From a virus (taxonomy: Duplodnaviria; Caudoviricetes), in IMG/VR virus record IMGVR_UViG_3300032277_000051, positions 1 through 30,636 of that record: a stretch of 30,636 bases of DNA, one strand, 5' to 3'. The notes under the pieces were generated by a model, which saw only the letters and a program-made list of their open reading frames with translations, was not told where the DNA came from and made no database searches. Each line of letters begins with the position of its first letter. Position 1 is the stretch's first letter. This document shows, in pieces, positions 16,820 through 26,986 of the stretch. The translations under genes were made by a program, and so were the position numbers.

Positions 16820-17670
16820 TAGAATGTACCTGTAAGTTTATAGTTTCCTGTTGCCGTTGCAACCGTTCTTTTAACGTCTAAAGTATCTGATGCAGACAAC
16901 ACCAATGGACTGCTAAATACTGCGTATGCACCACCGTTTACGCTTAGTGTGATTGTGCCACTTGCACCATCGTCCGAAATGCTTGTAAATGTCCCGGCAG
17001 TATCTGAATCAATAATCAACTGTGGCATATCTGCAATTGTAGCTGCAAACAATCCTTTTAAAAATACATCATTTGTTGATGGAGTTGCAACTATGTTTGT
17101 ATTAGCAGGTGTTGGAATAACAGAACCATCTGAATCTGTGAATGAGATATCTGGTGCAGTATATGTTGTTGCTTTTGGAATGACTTGCACAAAGCTTGAA
17201 TCACTATTCTGATACGTAGCATCTGTTGATGGAGGAGTTGGCACAATGCCCTCACTATCAAAAACACTCCAAAATGCTACTTGTGGTGTTGGAGTATCAT
17301 AGAATGTATATGTAGTTGCCTCTCTGTCACCATCAATTAAGCACCTTGATTTACCACTTTCTAACAAGATAACACCTGCATCATTTGGTGATAAGTTCGT
17401 TGTGCTTGTCTGCTCGTAAATGTTGTAGGTAAAATAGCCAACCGGCTCTAACAATATCTCTGCATTTAGATTGTTAGGAGTTGCCGTTTCTGTAATCGTG
17501 AACTCATTGTATCTTGATGGATAAGCAGATGTATCTGCTGCAATGCAAGTTGTAGATATCAGAGATTGGTCACTAATCATCTCAATCAAGTAAGTTGGAC
17601 TTGCCAGAGTACTCAATTCAGCTAATGATGTTCTGATTACGTTTATGCTATCTTTCCGAAATATCAGCAT
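16819..17670 (-). CDS. Virion structural protein (head-closure-like N-terminus plus extension)
   Basis: RYN.F.ITE...G...Y.IYEQ.S.TNL.P...LE.GK N-domain; Thr/Ser-rich C-terminal part; structural context. Confidence 0.55.
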   Translation of the reverse strand: MLIFRKDSINVIRTSLAELSTLASPTYLIEMISDQSLISTTCIAADTSAYPSRYNEFTITETATPNNLNAEILLEPVGYFTYNIYEQTSTTNLSPNDAGVILLESGKSRCLIDGDREATTYTFYDTPTPQVAFWSVFDSEGIVPTPPSTDATYQNSDSSFVQVIPKATTYTAPDISFTDSDGSVIPTPANTNIVATPSTNDVFLKGLFAATIADMPQLIIDSDTAGTFTSISDDGASGTITLSVNGGAYAVFSSPLVLSASDTLDVKRTVATATGNYKLTGTF

Positions 17671-17833
17671 CCTTGCCCTCTACTTTGTCAGCTTTTTTCT
17701 TTGATTTCTTTTTTTCAAAAACATCGAATCCGTATGCTTTTGCTATCTTGATAAATGCAGGTGAATCTTCAACAAAGAACTTGCTACCCTTGTGAATTAT
17801 TGTACTGCCAATTAAATCCTTTCTAATCTTCAT
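17648..17833 (-). CDS. Small basic protein (61 aa)
   Basis: Directly follows a late-promoter motif; Lys-rich tail. Confidence 0.7.
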   Translation of the reverse strand: MKIRKDLIGSTIIHKGSKFFVEDSPAFIKIAKAYGFDVFEKKKSKKKADKVEGKDADISER

Positions 17834-17837
17834 GTGT

Positions 17838-17866
17838 TATAATATAAAGTTTCTGGAATTTGTCAA
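17838..17866 (-). promoter_or_regulatory. Late promoter motif, copy 1
   Basis: TTGACA-N14-TATATTATA-ACAC-ATG. Confidence 0.75.
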
Positions 17867-17870
17867 AAAC

Positions 17871-17897
17871 AAAAAAAGGAGTACAATTATGCACTCC
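17871..17897 (-). terminator. Rho-independent terminator after the tail tube gene
   Basis: GGAGTGCA-TAAT-TGTACTCC followed by T7. Confidence 0.85.
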
Positions 17898-17923
17898 CCT
17901 CTTTGATGAACGATGGAAAAAAA

Positions 17924-18448
17924 TTAAGCTATTGTCAAACCTGCAATAACTGCTGCATCTACTTGGTAACAGTCATGGCTGCTCTTTGCAAGTAGGTTTA
18001 TACTGTACTGATTGGCATCCCCAAATGCAGTACCGGATGAACTTGTATTCGTTCCTGTCTTGTGTGCGCCTCTCTCATCACCGATAAAGAAATAGTTTCC
18101 TTCAACAGTTTCAACGATTGCACACAATCTCTGGATTGCAAGTAGATGTAATTCAGCACTTTTTGCTGATTCCATTTTGTTTAAAGTAAACGACAAATTC
18201 ACATCATAAAACAATGAGTTGTTCTGTACGTTTTTATTTTCAGTTGATTCAAGCAATCCCGTTTCCTCTTGCAGATTGTAGGCATACCACGTTGATGGTG
18301 AGCCTGTATCTGTTATTGCAGAAATGAGATAAGATGCTTGTGTTACAGATACCAATTCTGTATATGGTAAAAGGAGAACCCGAACTAATCCGCCACTTGG
18401 CGCACTACAATCATATGCGGAAAATCCTTGCGTTAGAGCACATGGCAT
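17924..18448 (-). CDS. Major tail (tube) protein
   Basis: C.LT.G...C....GG, N.SLFY...L...L, IVE...G.Y...G...G, SGTAFGD.N.Y pattern; follows the capsid gene. Confidence 0.7.
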   Translation of the reverse strand: MPCALTQGFSAYDCSAPSGGLVRVLLLPYTELVSVTQASYLISAITDTGSPSTWYAYNLQEETGLLESTENKNVQNNSLFYDVNLSFTLNKMESAKSAELHLLAIQRLCAIVETVEGNYFFIGDERGAHKTGTNTSSSGTAFGDANQYSINLLAKSSHDCYQVDAAVIAGLTIA

Positions 18449-18472
18449 AACTATTTGATTTTTAGAGCATTA

Positions 18473-18491
18473 GGAGAGCATTGCGCCCTCC
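18473..18491 (-). terminator. GC-rich hairpin after the capsid gene (weak terminator or stabiliser)
   Basis: GGAGGGC-GCAAT-GCTCTCC without a good U-tract. Confidence 0.45.
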
Positions 18492-18515
18492 CGTTGCAGT
18501 TTATAATTTAATTAA

Positions 18516-19451
18516 TTAAGGTACTAATGAAAATTCTGTTGCCTCTGCCGGATAAGAAAATTGCGTACCGCGTTTGAAACTTGACGAACTGCGAACTACT
18601 CTGTCATCCTGTGAATACCACATTTCAAGACCATCAGAATCGCTCATTGCATCCATTCCAATAAACATATTAGATGCTCTTGCAGCAATGATTCTGTCAG
18701 TACCTGTTAATCCTACACTTGCACATATTTTCATGTTAGAGCCGGGGAGAACCATCTCTCCTGTTCTTGCTGCATCATCAGAAACATAATGAAAGAAATT
18801 GTTGTCAGTAATGTTAACAATCAATTTCCTGTATGTATCCCAACCGCAAAAAGCAATCAAATCATCTTCATTTAATAATGCCTCTGGAATTGATTCATAT
18901 ACTCCTTGAAATACATCAAGAGCATTGGCATTTGTGATTCCTGTTGCAACTGTGATTGCTCCCGGATTACCATCAACTGCTACACCACTATCATCAAGAA
19001 CTTTTAAGAAACCATCATAAAAGGAATTGTTACCAACACCTGCTGCAATGTTACCTTGCCAATCTGCCACTTCTAAAGCATTCTGCAATCTCTCCATTTT
19101 AATTGCAACGTATTGTGCAGGTATGTCAGCTTCTGTGTAATCAGAACCTGCTGACAATAACAACTGTGTCCACTTTGCTTCAAGGTCTTTTGGACATAAT
19201 GATTCTTGAATCTTAATATCTGTTACAGTTATATTTCTCTGGGTGAATGTTGTTGCTCCAGATGCGTTGAATGCACAATCATCATCTTGAAATACAACAG
19301 TTGAATCAAACAACTGCAATGCAGCACTTGATTTAATACCCGGTTGAATTGTTACTTTTGTTGCAGTAACACCTTGTGCTACGGCAGGCAATAACAAATC
19401 TGTGCTTGATTGGTCTATGTAGTCGACCAGACTGCTTACTACGAAACTCAT
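18516..19451 (-). CDS. Major capsid protein
   Basis: 311 aa downstream of protease and scaffold; C.F...G...TQR.I.V.......LCPKDL, W.G......DGF.K motifs. Confidence 0.85.
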   Translation of the reverse strand: MSFVVSSLVDYIDQSSTDLLLPAVAQGVTATKVTIQPGIKSSAALQLFDSTVVFQDDDCAFNASGATTFTQRNITVTDIKIQESLCPKDLEAKWTQLLLSAGSDYTEADIPAQYVAIKMERLQNALEVADWQGNIAAGVGNNSFYDGFLKVLDDSGVAVDGNPGAITVATGITNANALDVFQGVYESIPEALLNEDDLIAFCGWDTYRKLIVNITDNNFFHYVSDDAARTGEMVLPGSNMKICASVGLTGTDRIIAARASNMFIGMDAMSDSDGLEMWYSQDDRVVRSSSSFKRGTQFSYPAEATEFSLVP

Positions 19452-19452
19452 A

Positions 19453-20100
19453 TTATTTTATTTTTCTTAGGTTTTTTATTTTATTTAATTTTTGCTCAAA
19501 CGACAATTCATCTTTTTTGAATGCGTCTAATCTTCTTTTTTTGGTTGGCTCAACTGATGGCTCTTTTGCAAACTCCTCAAGAGTAGAAATTACTTTCTTT
19601 TCAAACTCCTCATTTTTAGTAATTGCATCAACAATTTTTGATTCCAATTCTGCAAACTTTCTCTCAACTTCTGTCCGTTCAATCACAGTCTTTGGAGTTG
19701 GTGCAGTTGCAGTTGGCTCTGCTGATTCCATTTCTTCTTCAACCTCAACTTCTTCAGCAACTTCTTCAGCAACTTCTTCTTCTTCTGTTGCTATGATTTC
19801 AGTAATCACACCACCAACTGTGATAATCTTTTCACCACTTGCCAATGTATGCTCTGCATCTTCTGCCAGGACAATTCCATCTTCTGTCATTACAGATACT
19901 GATGCGCCCAATTCAATTGCAGGCTCAACATTAATTATTGTGCCATCTTCAAGTTGTGCATCAACAAACTTTGATTCCGTTGATTCTGTTGGCTCTGTTG
20001 ATTCTGTTGTTTCAACAACCTCCTCAACCGTTTCATTGAAAGCAATTTTCTTTAATGCCTCAATGTTATTTTTTAGATTCTCTCTAATATTCATTTTCAT
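19453..20100 (-). CDS. Capsid scaffolding protein
   Basis: Highly acidic; L.DGT.I...GAS V...DAEH.L..G..I...GG.I motif; between protease and capsid. Confidence 0.7.
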   Translation of the reverse strand: MKMNIRENLKNNIEALKKIAFNETVEEVVETTESTEPTESTESKFVDAQLEDGTIINVEPAIELGASVSVMTEDGIVLAEDAEHTLASGEKIITVGGVITEIIATEEEEVAEEVAEEVEVEEEMESAEPTATAPTPKTVIERTEVERKFAELESKIVDAITKNEEFEKKVISTLEEFAKEPSVEPTKKRRLDAFKKDELSFEQKLNKIKNLRKIK

Positions 20101-20114
20101 GATTCTTTATGTGT

Positions 20115-20143
20115 TAAAATATAATTAAAATTCACTCTGTCAA
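20115..20143 (-). promoter_or_regulatory. Late promoter motif, copy 2
   Basis: TTGACA-N14-TATATTTTA-ACACA upstream of scaffold/capsid. Confidence 0.75.
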
Positions 20144-20145
20144 AT

Positions 20146-20718
20146 TTAGCCATTGATAGCATCAATCGCTGCGTCGATTATCTGTTCATCAGTTGGCATT
20201 GCATCAGCTTTAGCAAACATTCCCTCAACCGAGAAACCACGATAAGTACCTTGCTTGATGTCATTCCATAACTCATCATTATCAACTCTCATTGATACAA
20301 ACCAACTGCCATCTGGAGCATCCTTAAATCCATCGGGTGCATTGATGCCTCTGTCTTTATCTATAATCAAAGATTCAAAAAGATAAACATCACTCACCTC
20401 TGATTCATGCATCAAGTTAATCTCTGCATTCAAACCCTGCTTCATGAACTTGTTTACTATCTTCTCAATAGTTGGTTTGCGAAATACAACATAATGCTCA
20501 CCATCTTGTTGGTCATATCTGTAAATCGGCAAATCTGAAACCATACAATATCCGGATGCAATTCGCTTATCTTCATCAGCAACCTTAAATGCTAATGGCT
20601 CTGATTGTTTGAACTTGTGAAAATCTCTTTCAATTGCCGGTGCATCCACGATTGCAATCATTGAAACTCCAGAATCATCTTCATCATCAATAACCAATTC
20701 AAATACTTTCTTATCCAT
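20146..20718 (-). CDS. Prohead serine protease (XkdF/S78-like)
   Basis: IAIVD.PAIE.DF, NLMH, GSW, GFSVEG catalytic-Ser motif. Confidence 0.88.
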   Translation of the reverse strand: MDKKVFELVIDDEDDSGVSMIAIVDAPAIERDFHKFKQSEPLAFKVADEDKRIASGYCMVSDLPIYRYDQQDGEHYVVFRKPTIEKIVNKFMKQGLNAEINLMHESEVSDVYLFESLIIDKDRGINAPDGFKDAPDGSWFVSMRVDNDELWNDIKQGTYRGFSVEGMFAKADAMPTDEQIIDAAIDAING

Positions 20719-20723
20719 ATCTA

Positions 20724-20752
20724 TAAAATATAATTCAATTAATAACTGTCAA
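20724..20752 (-). promoter_or_regulatory. Late promoter motif, copy 3
   Basis: TTGACA-N14-TATATTTTA-TAGAT-ATG. Confidence 0.75.
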
Positions 20753-20754
20753 TT

Positions 20755-22875
20755 TTAAAATGTTGCTGATTCAGTAACTGCTGCAACTGTGTTCTGTGTG
20801 TTGGTGATATCCGTTTCAACAACAACTACTTGAGTTACATTCTGTTGTTCTTGGTCAATCAATGATGCAGTATTGCTGATGTTGTTTATTGGCACACCAC
20901 CTGCACCTGCTGATGCACCACCACCACCTGCCGAACCAATTGAACCACTTGCACCACCACCAAATTGTGCAGACTTAATCTTTGATATTTGTGCAGCAGT
21001 TGTTGCAGCTAATGATGCAATCTGTACAACTTTAAAAACCGTTCCAAACGGGTCTGGTATTGTTGATGGAGTTGATAAGATACTTACAACACCTTGTGCA
21101 GCACTAATCAACGCTTGTGCAATCTGTATCTTTTTACTTCTCTCAAATGCTTTACGCTCCAATTCTGTTCGTCTGGCATCACCTTCTTTTAATCCTTTAA
21201 TCTGATTAGCAAGTACAACATCATTCAATGCCATTAAACCATCAGCAGCAGTTGTTGCAGCATCTAATCCTTTGTTGATATTATCAATTCTTTCTTGCTC
21301 TGCTTTTGCCCTGTCCTCTGCTGCTTTTTTTTCTTGAGCAGTAATCTTATCTTGCTTTTCTTTCTCTCTTTTTAATTTATCTGCTGCTTGTTTATTTTCA
21401 ATATCTACAATTTCTTTTGCTCTTGCCTCCTCTAAAATCTTTGTATCTTCTCCGTACTTTTTAGCTTGTTCAATTAGATTGAAATATTTATCTTTTACTG
21501 CTTGTATTTGTTGTTCCTCAGATGTTTTAAAACTGTCTTGATATTGATTTTCTGCATCTTCTTTTGCTTGTAGAAACGCATTTAACTCTGCCTGTTCTGC
21601 TTGTAATTGTTTTGACTTATTTGCAACTCTCTTTTTTTCTTCTTCTTCTGCTTTGTTTTTAGTAGATGTTTCTGTTTTCGTTTTATCTGTTACATCTGCA
21701 ATGACTGCACCCTCATCTTCTTTTGCTGCAATCTTATCCTCTGTTGCTTTAGTTAGCGAATCAATGATTGCAATCTCTTTCTCTGCTGCATCAATGGCAT
21801 CTTGTTGCTTTTGATTTGCCACTTCTCTTGCAGTTGCACCACCTTGTAATGCACCTGTGATATCACCTAACTTTTGTAAGAATGTATCTGATTGGTTATT
21901 CTGTATTCTTGTCTGCTCAATCTCTGCAACTGCTTTGGCTCTGAATGCCTCTGCTCTTAATGCCTCTAATGCTTCTGCTTCTGCCTTTAATCTTAATAAA
22001 TCAATATTCTTTTGTAGAGCAATATTAATGTCCTCAATACTTGTTTTCTCTGCATCAATATTAGATAACAACTCCGGGTACTTATCTTGGAATTTCTTGA
22101 CCTCTTTGCGTTTCTGCTCTCTGGATAGTGTTTCATCTTGCAAGGTCTTGCTCAACTTATCAGCAGCAGACAACTCATCATTAATTGATTCAATTCCTTT
22201 TGATTGTGCCTCATTTGACAACTGTTGTTCTCTTGTTGTCTTACCTAATGCAATTGCTAACTTGTCAAAATTGGCAACCAACAAACCAACACCTACAACT
22301 AATGCACCTATTCCTGTTGCAACAATTGCAGTCTTTAATGCTTTAAAACCTATGGTTGTAGTATTCACAGAACCTGCAAATAGTTTCTGGACAGTTGCAG
22401 CAGTTGCAGTTGCTTTGGCATTTAGTTCTTGAAATACCGCCTGTGCTTTAGTTGCAATTGATAGCTTTCTCATAGCAATTACACCATTGGCTAAATCTCT
22501 CAATCCGGTTGTCAATGCTAATGCACCTGCTACTTTAGCTAATGTCTTTTCAAGCTGCTCTGATTCTGCACCGAACAACGCTGCTGCACCTTCTGCCACC
22601 GCAAATCCACCTGCGATGCCGACAATTGCATCACTCCCGGCAGTCAACTTTTGCTCAAAGTCTAATGCCTCAAACTGCAACTCAACATCTTTAATTGATG
22701 ATTGTGCTTTCTGTAAATCTCTGTTAAGTTCATTGAAACGCTTTGAGCCTATTGGCTCACTCTCAATCAGTTGTTTTAACTTCTCAACTCTCTCCTCAAG
22801 ACCGCCTATTGAGTTTTCAGCTTTGCCTGTTCCCTCAATATCAACTTTAAATACTATGTTCTTTTGTACTGCCAT
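20755..22875 (-). CDS. Tape measure-like protein
   Basis: 706 aa Ala-rich helical protein; KALKTAIVATGIGALVVGVGLLVANFD hydrophobic segment; long coiled coils. Confidence 0.8.
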   Translation of the reverse strand: MAVQKNIVFKVDIEGTGKAENSIGGLEERVEKLKQLIESEPIGSKRFNELNRDLQKAQSSIKDVELQFEALDFEQKLTAGSDAIVGIAGGFAVAEGAAALFGAESEQLEKTLAKVAGALALTTGLRDLANGVIAMRKLSIATKAQAVFQELNAKATATAATVQKLFAGSVNTTTIGFKALKTAIVATGIGALVVGVGLLVANFDKLAIALGKTTREQQLSNEAQSKGIESINDELSAADKLSKTLQDETLSREQKRKEVKKFQDKYPELLSNIDAEKTSIEDINIALQKNIDLLRLKAEAEALEALRAEAFRAKAVAEIEQTRIQNNQSDTFLQKLGDITGALQGGATAREVANQKQQDAIDAAEKEIAIIDSLTKATEDKIAAKEDEGAVIADVTDKTKTETSTKNKAEEEEKKRVANKSKQLQAEQAELNAFLQAKEDAENQYQDSFKTSEEQQIQAVKDKYFNLIEQAKKYGEDTKILEEARAKEIVDIENKQAADKLKREKEKQDKITAQEKKAAEDRAKAEQERIDNINKGLDAATTAADGLMALNDVVLANQIKGLKEGDARRTELERKAFERSKKIQIAQALISAAQGVVSILSTPSTIPDPFGTVFKVVQIASLAATTAAQISKIKSAQFGGGASGSIGSAGGGGASAGAGGVPINNISNTASLIDQEQQNVTQVVVVETDITNTQNTVAAVTESATF

Positions 22876-24617
22876 TATTCTCTAATTAATACTTGCCAAT
22901 CAGTCACTCTCATGTTGTCGTTAGATGACGTATTTTCAACATAAATTTCTATATAATCATTTTGCACCATCAACACCCCGTAAACCAAGCTGATTGCACT
23001 ATTCTTTTGAGCATCAACCAATGTTTGAGAACCTGCCAACTGCACACCGTTCTTGTAAAAGTAGAACACATAATCATCAGAACCGCCACCTTGCTTGTCG
23101 TAACTGACTGATGCGTGTAAACTCACGTAAGCTTGTTTAGTTCCTGTATAAGTACAACGACCTGCAGTACTGACTGTGTATCTTACTGCTGCTTGTAATA
23201 CTGCACCACCACCTGTATTGACAACAGATGGTGTGTTGACAGTTAATGATGTGTTTGTTGTGTTTCCGTTTAATGTCATTACCACACCGCTTGTACTGTT
23301 GAGCAATCCTTGATTTGATTTTACATCATAAGTCAAGCACTCTGTATTGCTATAACCGCCTGTCAATGGCTCTGGAAAGAACTTGAACCCGGTTGTTAGA
23401 TTCACATCAACAAAAGTATTTGAGGAGATTGTTGCAAATCCTGTTGTACTTAATGGATTTATTTTGATGCCATTCTGACTGATTTGTGGATGCAGAATAC
23501 AACCACTCATCTGGAACGCACCACAACCAACACCTGCACCATTTGGCAGTATCTCAATCATTGATGCAGTTGCATAACCGCCCGGAGTTGGCAATGTAGA
23601 TTCGTCAAACCATCTGATAAACTCACATGATGAAATCTCAAGTTTAGATGTGTTTAAAACTTTGATTCCGAAATTAGGTGCTTTAATGTAGAAGAATAAT
23701 GTATTTTGAATATCTACTAAATCAAATCCCTCAATACTTGCCACATCATAGCAACCTCTAAATTGACAGTTTATAATAGTCAGTATCTTATCTCTACCTG
23801 CATTGAAAGCTGCACCATCATAGTTGTCTGCTTCAATCACAACAGAACCTGTATTGTTTGCACTCAAGTAAATTCCTGTTAAATCAAAATCAACATCTGT
23901 GATTGTGAGCATTGTTGTTGCTGCTGCACCATCCCAGATTAATCCATCTTTGTTCCTATCAAATCCAATGATGGCAGAGCCACTATTTGTCACAAGTCTT
24001 GGAGTTGATAATGTAATCAATCCTCTGATAAAATAAGTTGTGTTAGCTGCCAATGTTGTTGGCAAGTCTGATGCTTGTACCACCTCAACAAAATTAGTAC
24101 CATTAGCAAAAGGAGTAAATACAGGTTTCGGAAAGGTTGTAATAACCCAATTAGAACCATCATACATTATCTCAATTGTATCATCCTCTGCATACAAATA
24201 CGCATACTGATTGCCATCAATTGTTTTTGCACCTGCGTTGATTATTACAATGTTATTGCTCACAAGTTTCTTAAATGTAAACTTCATTCCGGGATAATAA
24301 TCCGCTTCATTAAACGACAGTACAAATGTTATATTGTTGCTTGTTGTATCTGCCAAATAATATTCTGTTGTAGCGATTGTGTTGTTGTTTGCTGCATCAG
24401 TTAACACAACTTGATTGCCAGAATAACTATGATTGAATCTCTTGATATTGCCATCAATCACAATAGTGTTGCTCTCATCAACTGTCTGATTATCTCCAAC
24501 AATTACAACATTCTCAACTGTACCAAATACTTGGTTACTGTTGCCTACAACAAGAATCCTATCTGCTGATGAATCAACAAAATTATCTTTACCAATAACT
24601 TTAATTCGTTTGCTCAT
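22875..24617 (-). CDS. Tail fibre/receptor-binding protein with probable beta-helix
   Basis: Asn/Thr/Gly-rich; G.K.T.KK...N.V.I....TIDG module, I.NCQF/ISSCEF/ISSNTF repeats, C-terminal beta-sandwich. Confidence 0.65.
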   Translation of the reverse strand: MSKRIKVIGKDNFVDSSADRILVVGNSNQVFGTVENVVIVGDNQTVDESNTIVIDGNIKRFNHSYSGNQVVLTDAANNNTIATTEYYLADTTSNNITFVLSFNEADYYPGMKFTFKKLVSNNIVIINAGAKTIDGNQYAYLYAEDDTIEIMYDGSNWVITTFPKPVFTPFANGTNFVEVVQASDLPTTLAANTTYFIRGLITLSTPRLVTNSGSAIIGFDRNKDGLIWDGAAATTMLTITDVDFDLTGIYLSANNTGSVVIEADNYDGAAFNAGRDKILTIINCQFRGCYDVASIEGFDLVDIQNTLFFYIKAPNFGIKVLNTSKLEISSCEFIRWFDESTLPTPGGYATASMIEILPNGAGVGCGAFQMSGCILHPQISQNGIKINPLSTTGFATISSNTFVDVNLTTGFKFFPEPLTGGYSNTECLTYDVKSNQGLLNSTSGVVMTLNGNTTNTSLTVNTPSVVNTGGGAVLQAAVRYTVSTAGRCTYTGTKQAYVSLHASVSYDKQGGGSDDYVFYFYKNGVQLAGSQTLVDAQKNSAISLVYGVLMVQNDYIEIYVENTSSNDNMRVTDWQVLIRE

Positions 24618-26986
24618 CTTGTATTGTTGTCTTTAAATTGTTGGTCTAATGATGGCAATGGCTCACTATCAACTCCACCTGTCACAGAACCTGCACCACC
24701 ATTTATAACAAAAGGCACATCTACAAAATCAACAATGTCTGCCAACTTTATAAATACACATTTTGTCAATTGCCTATCAACAGGATTGTAATCAATTACC
24801 TGCTGCAATCTGTAATAACTGCCATTGAAATAGTATTGTTTCTTGAATGACAATTCATTGATATCAACTGCATTTAAGTTAAAGTAAGCAGTTACAATCT
24901 TACTATTCTCATTGCTTATCTCATTGATGTAATTGAAATAATAACGATTCACAAGACCTGCAATTGTACCGTTGACCGTTGCAAAGTTGCCACTATAATA
25001 AACCTCTTTAGTCAATCCAAAATTCAAATCAATTGTAGGGTTGTAAGCATCATCAAGATGCCCGGCATAAGGATAATCTACTCTTGTAAAATCAGCAACA
25101 ACTGTGCTTGTGTGCAGCCAACTGTTATTCGTTGGCTTTAATCCACCGTAGTATAAAATCCTAATATTTGAATCCATCTGCACCTTGTTGTTTGCACTAT
25201 CAGTTTTAAATATCTCTGGATATATTCTATCATTATCGAAATCCCCTATCAATGGAGTTGGAGAAAATGATAATTCAACCTTCTTAGTTCCTTTCAAAAA
25301 TTCATTATCCAATATGATTCTCCGATATCCATATACCTCATCATACGTATCCTCATAAAGAGCATTGTAGTAGTCTTTATCAGCTTTGTAACTAAATTCA
25401 AAATCTCTAAACTTTAATGCACCTAATGGCTCAATCAAGATATCATTCAATGTATCTAACTTGCCACTCCAATCAACCACATCTGTTGTATAGAAATCAT
25501 CTCTCGGCTCAATGTCTAATACTTTAGGATTCTCTCTCTGTGGTTGTATATAAAGATTGTGCATGTTGATAATGCTCTTGAGAAATTCACGTTGCTTAAT
25601 CTTCTTTGGAATGACTGTATTTAAATCAATACTGTTGCCCTCAATCAAATTTGAACTCACAGGGATAACTCTCAAATCTGCTGCATTGATGTTTAAATCA
25701 AATGTGCCGTTATAATTAGTTGTTGGTGTAGTTGCATCTTGAAATAAGAATCCTGTATATGGCACACCGGGAATAGCAAGAGTTTCAAAACGCAACAACA
25801 ATGTGACTGTATCACCTGCATTTAATTGATAGCCGTTTCTGTGAACAATACTAACAGATGCAGGGTTAAAAGTTCCCGGAAAATAATTGGCATCTGGTGG
25901 AGTTGGATTGATTGCCGTTGTATAAGAATTTGTAAAGGGATTTGTTGCGTTTATATTTATATAAGTTGAGTTGATGGTAGTTGTGCCGTTTATCCTAATA
26001 AACAATGTTGCTCTTATTTGTCGCATTGCATTGACTGAAACACCTGCAACAGATGGTGTAAATACTGCATTATAGTTTGCCTCTCCAAGAATGTTGTATA
26101 ATCCCGATTGCGCAATTGTAATTGTTGTTGATGCCGGTGGTATTCCAGATTGACCTAAGTTATCTTGTACTGCATTATCAAATGATATGTCATACAATTG
26201 AAATCCAAACGGCACACCCGTTGTTAGTGTTTGCAGAGTTGCAGTATTTATAATACATTTTCTATCCTCAATCTGTTGTGTTGTTGGCTTTAGGTTATTA
26301 CTCGCAGGGATAATCAGACTCTTGAAATAAGTTGAATCAAAGAATGTTGAATTATAAGTATAACCTGCTGATTCAAATATCTTGTCAAGATAAGTCTTTG
26401 CGTAAATAGCAGGTAGAAAATTCTCAACACTCCACTCTGTTTCTGTTTCATCATATCCATAATCAATCATTGGATATACATATCCATTGCCTAATGCAAA
26501 AGGTACAGGTACACCACCCTCAATGATTGATGTTGCCCAACTATCTTGCTCATTTCTCAATGTCCAATCATGATTAAATGTACTGATGTCTAATTCATTT
26601 AATAATGCCTCACCGATGTCATTAAACAGGTTTGCATTTCTGCCAAAGATATTAACCTCATAACTGATACAACCATCTTTGATATTGACCTTTTTGAGTT
26701 GTAAATACCCATCAATTAACTCAACTGAATTAACTGCATAACTCGCACTCACTCTTATGTTAGGATTGAATGATGCAGATGAATGAGTTAAATCAATATT
26801 GACATTGTAGATGTGTGAGAATAGTTTGTTAATCTTTTCGCTGCCCGGTAAGTTGATTGTCTTGGAATAATCTGCTTTCCTGTTTTCTGGCTCTGCAATG
26901 TCAGCAATCAAGAAATTGAGAGCAACTGCAACACCATCAGATAACTCAACTATATTATTATCAATAAATAACTCTTGCCTGTCCAT
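24614..26986 (-). CDS. Large tail/baseplate protein
   Basis: YSKTI.LPG...N..F N-terminus, YVYP.IDYG, F.KSI..M.NLY...IEP..DFY motifs typical of siphovirus tail-tip proteins. Confidence 0.7.
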   Translation of the reverse strand: MDRQELFIDNNIVELSDGVAVALNFLIADIAEPENRKADYSKTINLPGSEKINKLFSHIYNVNIDLTHSSASFNPNIRVSASYAVNSVELIDGYLQLKKVNIKDGCISYEVNIFGRNANLFNDIGEALLNELDISTFNHDWTLRNEQDSWATSIIEGGVPVPFALGNGYVYPMIDYGYDETETEWSVENFLPAIYAKTYLDKIFESAGYTYNSTFFDSTYFKSLIIPASNNLKPTTQQIEDRKCIINTATLQTLTTGVPFGFQLYDISFDNAVQDNLGQSGIPPASTTITIAQSGLYNILGEANYNAVFTPSVAGVSVNAMRQIRATLFIRINGTTTINSTYININATNPFTNSYTTAINPTPPDANYFPGTFNPASVSIVHRNGYQLNAGDTVTLLLRFETLAIPGVPYTGFLFQDATTPTTNYNGTFDLNINAADLRVIPVSSNLIEGNSIDLNTVIPKKIKQREFLKSIINMHNLYIQPQRENPKVLDIEPRDDFYTTDVVDWSGKLDTLNDILIEPLGALKFRDFEFSYKADKDYYNALYEDTYDEVYGYRRIILDNEFLKGTKKVELSFSPTPLIGDFDNDRIYPEIFKTDSANNKVQMDSNIRILYYGGLKPTNNSWLHTSTVVADFTRVDYPYAGHLDDAYNPTIDLNFGLTKEVYYSGNFATVNGTIAGLVNRYYFNYINEISNENSKIVTAYFNLNAVDINELSFKKQYYFNGSYYRLQQVIDYNPVDRQLTKCVFIKLADIVDFVDVPFVINGGAGSVTGGVDSEPLPSLDQQFKDNNTR

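Noticed and set aside
19376-22885. Long plus-strand ORFs (19376-20128, 20873-21205, 21857-22432, 22487-22885)
   Set aside because: Antisense shadows of the scaffold and tape-measure genes, with Ser/Leu-rich, unprotein-like composition. The other short plus-strand ORFs, except 10570-10857, are rejected for the same reason.
22875-24617. DGR target or invertible tail-fibre system
   Set aside because: No reverse transcriptase, invertase, template repeat or flanking inverted repeats were seen in the window.
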